Positions 47,733-55,762 of a DNA stretch of 64,000 nucleotides are shown here, piece after piece. Both the position numbers and the translations under genes were made by a program. Origin of the DNA: a virus; the IMG/VR virus record IMGVR_UViG_3300036715_001865, positions 126,392-190,391 of that record. The stretch is one strand, 5' to 3'. A model generated the notes under the pieces. The model did no database searches. It was not told the DNA's origin and was given only the letters and a program-made list of their open reading frames with translations. Every line of letters begins with the position of its first letter. Position 1 is the first letter of the stretch.

Positions 47733-48293
47733 ATGACCACCATGAACGCAGAGCAGTTGTTACAAAAGATTAAAGCTACCTTGAATAGTGTTGATGAGTT
47801 GCAATTATTGAAACAAGAAGCAATAAAATCAACAAAACAAAACGTAAAAGTAGAAGTAGAAGTTGGTGCTGAAGAAACTGGCCCCATGTCATCTGAACGG
47901 TTGGCTGAAATTTTAATAGTACATACTGTAACTCGTCCAAATTTGAGAGATGATGAATTTTTTGTATTTGTTGGTCAACAGTTTTTGCGAGATTTGTTTG
48001 ATGGTGACGGTGATATGTCTAGTTATGTTAATGTAACTCTTCAGTGTCCTGAACGGTGGCTTAATATTCTTGAACAACGCGCATTATTGATGGCTGTGCA
48101 AGTAAGATGCCCTAAGTTGCAAAAATTACATATTGTAACCCATAGTGTGTATATTTTACAGTGTTCACCAAATGGTACAGTTTTTGTTATTGATGACCCT
48201 AGCGAATACCCTGAAATACCATATAAAAAAGGGGTAAGATATTCACCTCCAGAAAATCCATCTTCTGGACAGTTAAGTATCTTACATTTGTAA
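47733..48293 (+). CDS. Hypothetical protein
   Basis: 186-aa ORF. Confidence 0.7.
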   Translation: MTTMNAEQLLQKIKATLNSVDELQLLKQEAIKSTKQNVKVEVEVGAEETGPMSSERLAEILIVHTVTRPNLRDDEFFVFVGQQFLRDLFDGDGDMSSYVNVTLQCPERWLNILEQRALLMAVQVRCPKLQKLHIVTHSVYILQCSPNGTVFVIDDPSEYPEIPYKKGVRYSPPENPSSGQLSILHL

Positions 48294-48300
48294 TAGATAT

Positions 48301-48372
48301 AGTGAATTGGCAGAGAGGTAATGCACTTCTTTCATATGGAAGGTTAGGTGGGTTCAATTCCCACATTCACTA
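48301..48372 (+). tRNA. tRNA with CAT anticodon (Met or lysidine-Ile)
   Basis: AGTGAAT/ATTCACT; CTTCT-TTCATAT-GGAAG. Confidence 0.85.
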
Positions 48373-48392
48373 CTAATAAAAGGAAACAACAC

Positions 48393-48644
48393 ATGGCATT
48401 ATCAAGAGATTGGAAAAATCAACGTAGAGTTGATCATTATCGTGAACGAAATTTTGTATTTGGTTGGTTTAAGAATGCAAAAACACAACCAATGTTTTGT
48501 ATGAGTTGTAGAAATGAAACTTGCAAAGATACATCTCATCACCGATTTGTGTTACATCCAATTATTCGCATTCCGAGAAAGGGCGCAAGTAAAACCAAAT
48601 GGAAACAGTTTTTCGAACAAGTAAAACAGTTTCATGTATTATAG
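48393..48644 (+). CDS. Hypothetical basic protein
   Basis: Start reset to the ATG at 48393. Confidence 0.6.
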   Translation: MALSRDWKNQRRVDHYRERNFVFGWFKNAKTQPMFCMSCRNETCKDTSHHRFVLHPIIRIPRKGASKTKWKQFFEQVKQFHVL

Positions 48645-48711
48645 GTTGGCCGTTGGTACGGTATTAGGACTCCAAATCCTGATTGAGGGAGATCGTTCCT
48701 CCCACAGCCTG
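48643..48711 (+). tRNA. tRNA-Trp(CCA), atypical T loop
   Basis: TAGGA-CTCCAAA-TCCTG; G73. Confidence 0.7.
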
Positions 48712-48720
48712 CTGAATTAT

Positions 48721-48811
48721 TCCACCATCACTCATTCGAATCGCGGCTTATGAGTTATTGATGCCGGTGTGGTATCTTGGAGACGAGTAGGTTCAAATCC
48801 TACTGGTGGAG
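48721..48811 (+). ncRNA. tRNA-like RNA with intact acceptor and T arms but no canonical anticodon arm
   Basis: TCCACCA/TGGTGGA; GTAGG-TTCAAAT-CCTAC. Confidence 0.6.
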
Positions 48812-48835
48812 CTTATTTTAAAATTTGAGGTAACT

Positions 48836-49075
48836 ATGACAGAATTATTGCCATGTCCATTTTGTGGATTTCAACCAGATATTAATGAACCAGATTGTAT
48901 ATATCCTGCTTGTCGTCCCGAATATGATGCAGATGGAAAAATCACATTCCAATTATATAATTTGGTGTGTTATGAATCAGCAGGTGGTTGTAGTGCTCAT
49001 GTATTGGGATATGACCGAGATGAGTGTATTCGGTTATGGAATACAAGAACTCCAGCTAAGGTGAACCATGAATAA
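48836..49075 (+). CDS. Lar-like (restriction alleviation) Zn protein
   Basis: ELLPCPFCG...WNTR. Confidence 0.65.
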   Translation: MTELLPCPFCGFQPDINEPDCIYPACRPEYDADGKITFQLYNLVCYESAGGCSAHVLGYDRDECIRLWNTRTPAKVNHE

Positions 49076-49400
49076 TCAAGACGCACCAAAAATAACCGCA
49101 TTTAGTGGAATATTTGAAGATAAACTTCATAAATTGGTTAAAAAAATTAAAAAAATTAAGAGATTAAGAAAAGAAAAAGCATCACAAGCGAAGATTAAAA
49201 TGCTTATTTCAGAGGCAAAAACGCTTAAGAAGTTAGTTAATAAAATGCCAAATGATAATACTCGTCAAACTATAGAGATTGCTTTGTCAGTTGTTGATGG
49301 TAAAATTTTATTGAAAGAGAGTTGTGCATCAAATGGTCTTCAATTATACAATGTGCGATATGTTGGTGGATTGTTAATTGTTGAGGTTGATAAAGTTTAA
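49068..49400 (+). CDS. Hypothetical basic protein
   Basis: 110-aa ORF. Confidence 0.65.
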   Translation: MNNQDAPKITAFSGIFEDKLHKLVKKIKKIKRLRKEKASQAKIKMLISEAKTLKKLVNKMPNDNTRQTIEIALSVVDGKILLKESCASNGLQLYNVRYVGGLLIVEVDKV

Positions 49401-49403
49401 TAT

Positions 49404-49477
49404 GTCACTGTGATCCAATTGGTAGAGGTGATAGGCTAAGAACCTATTTGTTGCGAGTTCGAATCTCGCCAGTGATA
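49404..49477 (+). tRNA. tRNA-Leu(AAG), A34, short variable loop
   Basis: ATAGG-CTAAGAA-CCTAT. Confidence 0.85.
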
Positions 49478-49545
49478 CTAAAAGAGTTGTAAAACTTGTT
49501 GGTGTGGTATAAATACCACGTCTCATATATAAGGAGTAAAGTGTT

Positions 49546-50037
49546 ATGATGGTTAAAGATTTGTTGGAAAGTAGAGAATCCAGAAGCGAACACACCTGGA
49601 ATTTGGAAGCATCTGGACAAATGGATGCCCCTAATGTTAGTGGTGGTGAATATGGGTTAGTGAACAAAGCTGGTAAATTTGTGCGTAAGTCTTTGACAAA
49701 AGCTGCCGCGAATGCTTTATGTACCCGTTCAGACTTGATCGCAAAACATGGTCCATTGAAAGTTCGTCAAATATCTGAAGCTGTTACTGGTGATTCAAGA
49801 GAAGAATATGATCACAATGCGTTTGGTAACTCACAAGGAACTAATTTTCCTCATGGGGAACAAGCTCAGGATAATATCCGAACATTAAATGATAACACTG
49901 ATGGTGAATATGGATTAGCTACAGGTAGTAATAAGTTAATTAGACGAGAATTAACAAAGCGGGCAGCTATTGCTCTTAGTAATAGACCTGATTTAATATC
50001 TAAATATGGTAAGTTGTATGCTGTAAAAATGGATTAA
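49546..50037 (+). CDS. Late protein with two copies of a ~45-aa repeat domain
   Basis: TATAAATA at 49508; GEYGL...DLI.K(H/Y)G.L x2. Confidence 0.7.
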   Translation: MMVKDLLESRESRSEHTWNLEASGQMDAPNVSGGEYGLVNKAGKFVRKSLTKAAANALCTRSDLIAKHGPLKVRQISEAVTGDSREEYDHNAFGNSQGTNFPHGEQAQDNIRTLNDNTDGEYGLATGSNKLIRRELTKRAAIALSNRPDLISKYGKLYAVKMD

Positions 50038-50041
50038 TAAT

Positions 50042-50281
50042 ATGAAAGTTTCAGAGTTGTTAGGAGAAGCTCAAATATTCCAAACACCTCATATTCGTAA
50101 GCGATACGATAAAAGACGAGATGTTAGACGAAGAGCGACTACATTTAATTTAGTTACAGCCAATGGTCAAGTTGTTGCTTCTGGGTTAACACCACAAAAA
50201 GCACAATTAATGGTACACGACCAAAGTTTGATACAAAAATATGGTAAACTTTATACCAGAAATATTTTATTCAGACAGTAA
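50042..50281 (+). CDS. Small protein, same repeat-domain family
   Basis: MKVSELLGE; SLIQKYGKLY. Confidence 0.65.
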   Translation: MKVSELLGEAQIFQTPHIRKRYDKRRDVRRRATTFNLVTANGQVVASGLTPQKAQLMVHDQSLIQKYGKLYTRNILFRQ

Positions 50282-50368
50282 ATTGCTTGTTGACTTAATA
50301 TATAGTTTAGTGTATTATAAGCGAATATTAAGTCAATAAAGAAAATATTGCTGATGTGGGACATGTTT

Positions 50369-50456
50369 GGGGATATGATGAAATTTGGTAGACGTGCTAG
50401 ATTTAGATTCTAGTGTTCGAGAGAGCGTATCGGTTCGAATCCGATTATCCCCACCA
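50369..50456 (+). tRNA. tRNA-Leu(TAG), long variable arm, CCA encoded
   Basis: CTAGA-TTTAGAT-TCTAG. Confidence 0.92.
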
Positions 50457-50563
50457 ATATATAACAAGCGTTGACATTTTGTTATATATAAAGTATAATA
50501 GATTTTTTATTATATAAGAGCTAGAAGACTTGTTGGATTTAATCCTCCCCTTTTAGTGAATTT

Positions 50564-50640
50564 CGGGATGTATTTCAGTCTGGTAGAATGAACCGTTTGG
50601 GGCGGTTTGGCCGCAGGTTCAAATCCTGTCATCCCGACCA
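50564..50640 (+). tRNA. tRNA-Pro(TGG), CCA encoded
   Basis: AACCG-TTTGGGG-CGGTT. Confidence 0.92.
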
Positions 50641-50665
50641 ATAATATTAACTCCATGGATAGTTT

Positions 50666-50935
50666 ATGAAAGAGTTGTTAACAGTAAAGAAAGTTGTATC
50701 TGGAATTGCATTATGTAGTAGTGATAGTGTAAAAGAATTTACAATGGACTTACCAGAAGAGCATATTGGTAATGGAAAAAGTTTTATTCTTAAACCGGGT
50801 AATGAATTAGAGTTGACTCAAGACGAATTAGGATGTAGAATACGCTGTAATCAAAGTGATAAAGAATTAGTTTTGTTTTTGATTGAAACTGATGATGGAT
50901 TGGAAATTGAAGAAACGTATGTTGTAAAGAAGTAA
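50666..50935 (+). CDS. Hypothetical protein
   Basis: 89-aa ORF between tRNAs. Confidence 0.6.
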   Translation: MKELLTVKKVVSGIALCSSDSVKEFTMDLPEEHIGNGKSFILKPGNELELTQDELGCRIRCNQSDKELVLFLIETDDGLEIEETYVVKK

Positions 50936-50939
50936 AATT

Positions 50940-51010
50940 AGGGGATTCGTATATTGGTGGTACACTACTCTTTGACAGTAGTAGAAATGGTTCGATTCCA
51001 TTATCCCCTG
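50940..51010 (+). tRNA. tRNA-Gln(TTG)
   Basis: CTACT-CTTTGAC-AGTAG. Confidence 0.88.
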
Positions 51011-51016
51011 CAAAAT

Positions 51017-51080
51017 GTTGTTGCAAAGAGAAAGTGTTACTTCTTGGTGAAAAAACACACTTACTCATTTATATCTCAAC
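51017..51080 (+). ncRNA. Candidate Y-RNA-like ncRNA, short form 1
   Basis: GTTGTTGCAAAGAG-AAAGTGTTACTTC...ACACTTACTC...TATCTCAAC. Confidence 0.55.
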
Positions 51081-51086
51081 TTTTTT

Positions 51087-51160
51087 GTTCTTGTCGTCTA
51101 AAGGTTAAGGATATCGGTCTTTCAAATCGATGATGTTGGGTTCAAGTCCCACCAGGAACG
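51087..51160 (+). tRNA. tRNA-Glu(TTC)
   Basis: TCGGT-CTTTCAA-ATCGA. Confidence 0.88.
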
Positions 51161-51161
51161 C

Positions 51162-51273
51162 TTATTAATGTAACCTTAAAGTTAAAGGGCCCTAGCGAGG
51201 ATGTAGGGAAATAGAGGATCTAACCTCTCATTGATAAACCCACCAAATTGCAATTTGGTGAGGTTATAATAAT
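51162..51273 (+). ncRNA. Candidate ~110-nt multibranch ncRNA
   Basis: Closing helix 51162-76/51261-72 and three internal hairpins. Confidence 0.45.
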
Positions 51274-51284
51274 AAAACTGATAA

Positions 51285-51530
51285 GAGTCTGTGGCAACGG
51301 GTTTTTATTAAACAAACATTACACAAAAAAGAGATGTTGAACCACGTTTGCACGAAAGTGTAAAGAACAATACGTTGTGGTGACGTTATAACTCGAAGTA
51401 GGGTAGTGACGAAGGTCACCAACCTTCCATCTACGTCGATGAAATCCGGGCAAACCGAAAGAGTTACGCCGTTATTAGCCACTTGTAAGAATAGTTAAAG
51501 GTCTAATACATTAGTGGTGGTATTAGCGGA
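51285..51530 (+). ncRNA. Candidate ~245-nt structured ncRNA with GNRA-capped helices
   Basis: TTGCAC-GAAA-GTGTAA, GTGAC-GAAG-GTCAC, TAACTC/GAGTTA, GTGGC/GCCAC. Confidence 0.55.
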
Positions 51531-51556
51531 ATTTTTAAATGTGTTAACAAAATATA

Positions 51557-51625
51557 TATTGTTGCAAAGATTGAGTGTTACTTCATTATTAGAAACCAAC
51601 ACACTTAATCGTTTTTATCTCAATA
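51557..51625 (+). ncRNA. Candidate Y-RNA-like ncRNA, short form 2
   Basis: TATTGTTGCAAA-GATTGAGTGT-TACTTC...ACACTTAATC...TATCTCAATA. Confidence 0.55.
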
Positions 51626-51629
51626 TTAT

Positions 51630-51701
51630 TGGTCCATAGCTCAGAGGCAGAGCGCACCCCTGATAAGGGTGAGGTCGGGATTTCAATATTCCCTGGACCA
51701 A
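51630..51701 (+). tRNA. tRNA-Ile(GAT)
   Basis: CACCC-CTGATAA-GGGTG. Confidence 0.9.
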
Positions 51702-51708
51702 CAAAATT

Positions 51709-51817
51709 ATCGATGCAAATCAAACAGTTACTTCTTTTACTTGATATAAAAACCTGACGGTTCGATTCCGTCGTAGAGTGGCCTCGGATGCTATCTGTTT
51801 GCAACCATTAACTCGAT
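51709..51817 (+). ncRNA. Candidate Y-RNA-like ncRNA carrying a tRNA T arm
   Basis: ATCGA-TGCAAAT-CAAACAG-TTACTTC; GACGG-TTCGATT-CCGTC; CTGTTTG...TCGAT. Confidence 0.6.
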
Positions 51818-52271
51818 GAATTTATTTTATGTTACTGATAAAGAGGAAACTGTGGAAGTGATATTAACAAAAATTTGCACAGGGTGTCAAACAGAGAAAA
51901 AAGTTATAGAGTTTCGAAAACGAAGTAACAGTAAGGATGGATTTGCATCTTGTTGTAAAGTTTGTGCCGATGTTGGTTCTGAAAAGTGGAGACAACTAAA
52001 TTTAGAAAAAAGAAAAATTCAGTCAACAAAGTTGGTGTATGATACACAACTAAGATTTAATGAGTGGAAAAAAGAACAAGGTTGTAGTTGTTGTATGGAA
52101 AATGAACCAGTGTGTTTAGATCTACACCATTTAGATCCATCAAAAAAAGATGGACACCCGTCCATGTTTGTAAAATATGGGTGGAATAGATTAATGAAAG
52201 AAGCAACTAAGTGTATAGTTGTTTGTAGAAACTGCCATGCGAAAATTCACGCTGGTATGATAAAATTGTGA
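51816..52271 (+). mobile_element. HNH endonuclease in the tRNA cluster
   Basis: CTGCQ...CCKVC; CSCC...LDLHHLDP...CIVVCRNCHAKIH. Confidence 0.8.
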
Positions 52272-52276
52272 TTTTG

Positions 52277-52351
52277 CAGTCTGTAGCCAAGCGGTATGGT
52301 GCATCATTTGGGGTGATGAAATCGGGAGTTCGATCCTCCCCAGACTGACCA
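52277..52351 (+). tRNA. tRNA-Pro(TGG), second copy, CCA encoded
   Basis: CATCA-TTTGGGG-TGATG. Confidence 0.9.
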
Positions 52352-52357
52352 ACATAT

Positions 52358-52428
52358 GCGAGTATAGTTTAAGTGGTAAAACGCCGGTGTCCAACTGGTA
52401 TTATTGGCTCGAAACCAATTATTTCGCT
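52358..52428 (+). tRNA. Degenerate tRNA-Gly-like gene
   Basis: GCG acceptor with a bulge and T73; irregular anticodon loop around GTCC; T loop CTCGAAA. Confidence 0.5.
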
Positions 52429-52453
52429 CAAAATTAATTAATAAGGATAACCG

Positions 52454-52849
52454 ATGATAACATTGAGAAATAAATCAGTAAATGTTCCAAGAGATGTATT
52501 AATCAACTATCTTAGAGCTAATTTGGAACTTCATAAAGCGCAGTTTCAAGAAGCGGTTGAAGTATATCAGAAAAGATTGCAATTTGAATTGCAGGAAGCG
52601 TTGGATGTAGTTGCTGGTCAAATCAACTTTGATGCCTTGTCTAAAGTTAGAGTGTCCTTCAATCCACCACAATCACACGAAAGTGATTATGTGGAAATTT
52701 TGGAAATGATGGAGATGTCAGTTGATGACACCATTAATCTTGATTCCGAAAGTTTCAGAGCTTACATCAAGAATGAGTGGTCTTGGTCTGCAGGATTAAC
52801 CAATTTAATTGAAGCAAACAAAGTTTATTTATCAAGTAAATTGTCCTAA
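52454..52849 (+). CDS. Hypothetical phage protein
   Basis: 131-aa ORF, P.SH..DY...LEM motif. Confidence 0.75.
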   Translation: MITLRNKSVNVPRDVLINYLRANLELHKAQFQEAVEVYQKRLQFELQEALDVVAGQINFDALSKVRVSFNPPQSHESDYVEILEMMEMSVDDTINLDSESFRAYIKNEWSWSAGLTNLIEANKVYLSSKLS

Positions 52850-52858
52850 GGAAGAACT

Positions 52859-53053
52859 ATGCCAATATATGAATATAAGTGTGATGCTTGTGATCACACC
52901 CTCGAAAAGATCCAAAAATTCTCAGATGATCCATTATTGGAATGTCCTGAATGCAAAGAACCTAAATTGGTAAAATTGATCTCTCAAGGTAATTTCTGTC
53001 TTATGGGTGGTAACTGGCACAATCCGGGAATGCACGCTAGTCGGAAAAATTAA
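52859..53053 (+). CDS. FmdB-family zinc ribbon protein
   Basis: MPIYEYKCDAC...CPEC...GGNWH. Confidence 0.85.
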   Translation: MPIYEYKCDACDHTLEKIQKFSDDPLLECPECKEPKLVKLISQGNFCLMGGNWHNPGMHASRKN

Positions 53054-53218
53054 ATGTCAAGCCAAGAAGAATTGGATTGGTTGTATAGAATGAGTGAGTT
53101 AGAAGATAGTTGGGATTTACCACATATTATGGCATGTAGTCCAGAAATATATCAACAGATTCTAGCTCATCAAAAAATCGATATCATGGATGACTCTGAC
53201 GAAAATTGAGGTTATATT

Positions 53219-53458
53219 GTGACAGTTAAAGTTATTAGTTTTACTCCATATCGACACATTAGTACTGTCCATATTGATGATAGTTGGTCTCAAGAAAGAA
53301 TCGATGAGGCTATTGAATACCAAAGAAATTTAGATAAATTACATTGTTTATATCATGACCACAAAACAAATTTTGCATCAGATTGTGGTGAAGACGAAAA
53401 AGAAATTTACCGGTTAAGTAGACTATTAGATGATTATGATGTAAAATATCCGTATTAA
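53219..53458 (+). CDS. Hypothetical protein
   Basis: GTG start with GAGG upstream. Confidence 0.6.
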   Translation: MTVKVISFTPYRHISTVHIDDSWSQERIDEAIEYQRNLDKLHCLYHDHKTNFASDCGEDEKEIYRLSRLLDDYDVKYPY

Positions 53459-53467
53459 GCAACAATT

Positions 53468-53551
53468 GGAGAGTAAAGCTAGGGGGCCCTAGCAACATCC
53501 TGCTAAGATGATTGAACCGAAAGGTTTTCATTTCGATTATGATGCTCTCCG
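53468..53551 (+). tRNA. tRNA-Ser(GCT)
   Basis: Anticodon loop CTGCTAA; variable arm; G73. Confidence 0.82.
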
Positions 53552-53563
53552 CGTAACACAATT

Positions 53564-53650
53564 GGAAGATGAACCAACCAGGGCGTTGGACCTACCTTGA
53601 AAGTAGTGGGATGATTAATTTCATTGGGCTTCGAGTGCACCCGTCTTCCA
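53564..53650 (+). tRNA. tRNA-Ser(TGA), bulged T stem
   Basis: Anticodon loop CTTGAAA; variable arm. Confidence 0.75.
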
Positions 53651-53672
53651 CAAACATTAATAGAAGAATTAT

Positions 53673-54140
53673 ATGGTTAAAAAATACGATGCTCAAAAAA
53701 TTCAAGAGATAAAGGAAATATTACCTACAGTTCATTCATATACAGAACTAGCTAAATCATTGGGTAGAGTTGATATTACATATTTATCTGCCATATGTAA
53801 GCGAGAACAATTGGATACCACACATTTTGTTGGCTCACATAGGTTCCAAAAGGGACATATATCATCCACAAGACGGTCCGACTATGATGTATTTATAACA
53901 AATTCCACGTATTGTAGGAGATTAATCAAGCAGCGAATACTTGACCAAAACTTAATGGAATATAAATGTGCTATATGTAACATCGGACCAGTTTGGAATA
54001 ACAAGCCAATGCCATTGATATTAGACCACATTAACGGTATAAACAATGACAACAAACTAACAAATTTAAGATTTGTGTGTAGTAATTGTGATTCACAGTT
54101 GGACACATATAAGTCAAAGAATAGAAGATTAAAACAATAA
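53673..54140 (+). mobile_element. HNH endonuclease directly after tRNA-Ser
   Basis: CAICN...LILDHINGINNDN..NLRFVCSNCDSQ. Confidence 0.88.
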
Positions 54141-54156
54141 ACACAGGAGTTTCTCT

Positions 54157-54537
54157 ATGGTTGCTATTTCTACTGGCATATGTGTATTATCAGAATATGA
54201 TAATGCTATTTTCTTCAAAGCCCAATGTGGGTGTGCAAGTTCAGATGATGAACAACATTTGTGTATGTCATATAATGACGATTTGCAAGATGTTGAGTTG
54301 TTAGTTTCATGTAAAGTCACTACTGAATATTTCCCATCATCTTATGATGATACCTTGTGGGAATCTGTTGGTAATTGGGTATCTGCACAGTTGTTTAAAG
54401 TTAAACAGGTGTATCGATTGCTTACAACTGGTGTATTAACTGCAGAAACATCATTTTTGTTTGAGTCAGAGGCTCAAATTCAAGATTACATCACAGCTCT
54501 TCAACTGGGGCTAGAAAAATTAAAACGGGATAAGTAA
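54157..54537 (+). CDS. Hypothetical protein
   Basis: SD AGGAG. Confidence 0.7.
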   Translation: MVAISTGICVLSEYDNAIFFKAQCGCASSDDEQHLCMSYNDDLQDVELLVSCKVTTEYFPSSYDDTLWESVGNWVSAQLFKVKQVYRLLTTGVLTAETSFLFESEAQIQDYITALQLGLEKLKRDK

Positions 54538-54550
54538 TTATCCCGGACAG

Positions 54551-54579
54551 TTGATTTTTCATATCAATAATTGTATAAT
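54551..54579 (+). promoter_or_regulatory. Sigma70-type promoter for the 257-aa gene and the downstream RNA
   Basis: TTGATT-N17-TATAAT. Confidence 0.7.
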
Positions 54580-54610
54580 AGATTTTTAAATTAGAAGAGG
54601 AATTAATCAG

Positions 54611-55384
54611 ATGGCACATAAAACAAAATTGCATGAGATTCTTGCAGTAGAATCAGGTAAAGAAGGTTACTTCAAATCAGCATTGGTTGAAATGACCAAT
54701 TTATTCAAAAACAAAGCAAACCATTTTAATGGATTCAATAAAAATTTGACTCTATTTGGTGATGAAACTCCAGAAAAAATTGCAAAAGAAAAAGCGGCTG
54801 CTGAATCACAGGCATTAACTGCAACTGTGGAATCTGAACTTGCTTATTTGGCTGAAGTGGTTTCTTCTTATGTTGACGTTTTCTATCAAAAAGATGATGC
54901 CAATCAACGTGCTGTTGCAGACATCATTGTAAATGGTGTAGTTATTGCAACTGGCATCCCAGCAACAACTTTGTTGGGCCTGGAAAACAAATTGAAACAG
55001 TTGCGTCCGATTTATGATCAGATTCCAACGTTACAACCAGGAACAAACTGGGAATTGAATCCAGCGCTGGGTAAAGGTGTTTATATTGATAGAGACCAAC
55101 AAGTTCGAACCACCACCAGAAAAGGTTTTGCATTTAAAGAAATTTCGCCTGCTACTGAGAAGTTTCCAGCTCAGATCGAGCGTTGGGAAACAGTAGATGA
55201 CATCGGGTATACTACTTTGACTCGTTGGACTGGTATGATTTCAGTTGCAGAAAAAGTTGATTTGTTAAAACGTTTTGATGCAGTAATGCACGCGGTTAAA
55301 CAAGCTCGTCAACGTGCAAATGAAGTTGAAGTTCACAATGTCAATTTGGGTAAAGTATTAATGGAAGCCATTAACGGCTTCTAA
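54611..55384 (+). CDS. Uncharacterised 257-aa protein (KLHEILAVE N-terminus)
   Basis: Largely helical; SD GAGG. Confidence 0.8.
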   Translation: MAHKTKLHEILAVESGKEGYFKSALVEMTNLFKNKANHFNGFNKNLTLFGDETPEKIAKEKAAAESQALTATVESELAYLAEVVSSYVDVFYQKDDANQRAVADIIVNGVVIATGIPATTLLGLENKLKQLRPIYDQIPTLQPGTNWELNPALGKGVYIDRDQQVRTTTRKGFAFKEISPATEKFPAQIERWETVDDIGYTTLTRWTGMISVAEKVDLLKRFDAVMHAVKQARQRANEVEVHNVNLGKVLMEAINGF

Positions 55385-55389
55385 CAAGT

Positions 55390-55712
55390 TTGAGATAAGT
55401 TTATCGTCAATATTATCGTTAAAGTTATAGATTGATAATCTGGTAGAAATACCAACTGGAGGTTCGATTCCTCCCTGGCCCACGAAGAAACAAATATGGG
55501 TCGGTGCCGGAATGTGGTATACGGGGATTGTTCAATTGTTTTATCGTATTGTCTCAACAAGTTTATTAGATGGATAATAGTAGTAAGCAACACAAGAATA
55601 ATTTTGAATGCTATGGGTTCGAGTCCCATTCTGTGCACTAACCAAACAAAGCTATAATTATGCACCGGTAGGTCAATGGTAGACCGTCAAATTTTTATCT
55701 TCCCTTATTGTG
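55390..55712 (+). ncRNA. Two tandem tRNA-like modules circularly permuted at the anticodon loop
   Basis: Each module reads: anticodon-stem 3' strand, variable region, T arm, acceptor 3' strand, linker, acceptor 5' strand, D arm, anticodon-stem 5' strand. Confidence 0.8.
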
Positions 55713-55762
55713 TAAGACTGAAAGTATTAACGCCCATCAAATCCAATTATAGGATAATTATT

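Noticed and set aside
51017-51817. CRISPR mini-array
   Set aside because: Copies are degenerate, irregularly spaced and separated by tRNAs, and each is a self-contained helix pair; no cas genes are present.
40793-53650. Theta (HDV-like) ribozymes at tRNA 3' trailers
   Set aside because: No trailer showed the nested double-pseudoknot core starting at a tRNA end by eye; a formal pattern search was not run.
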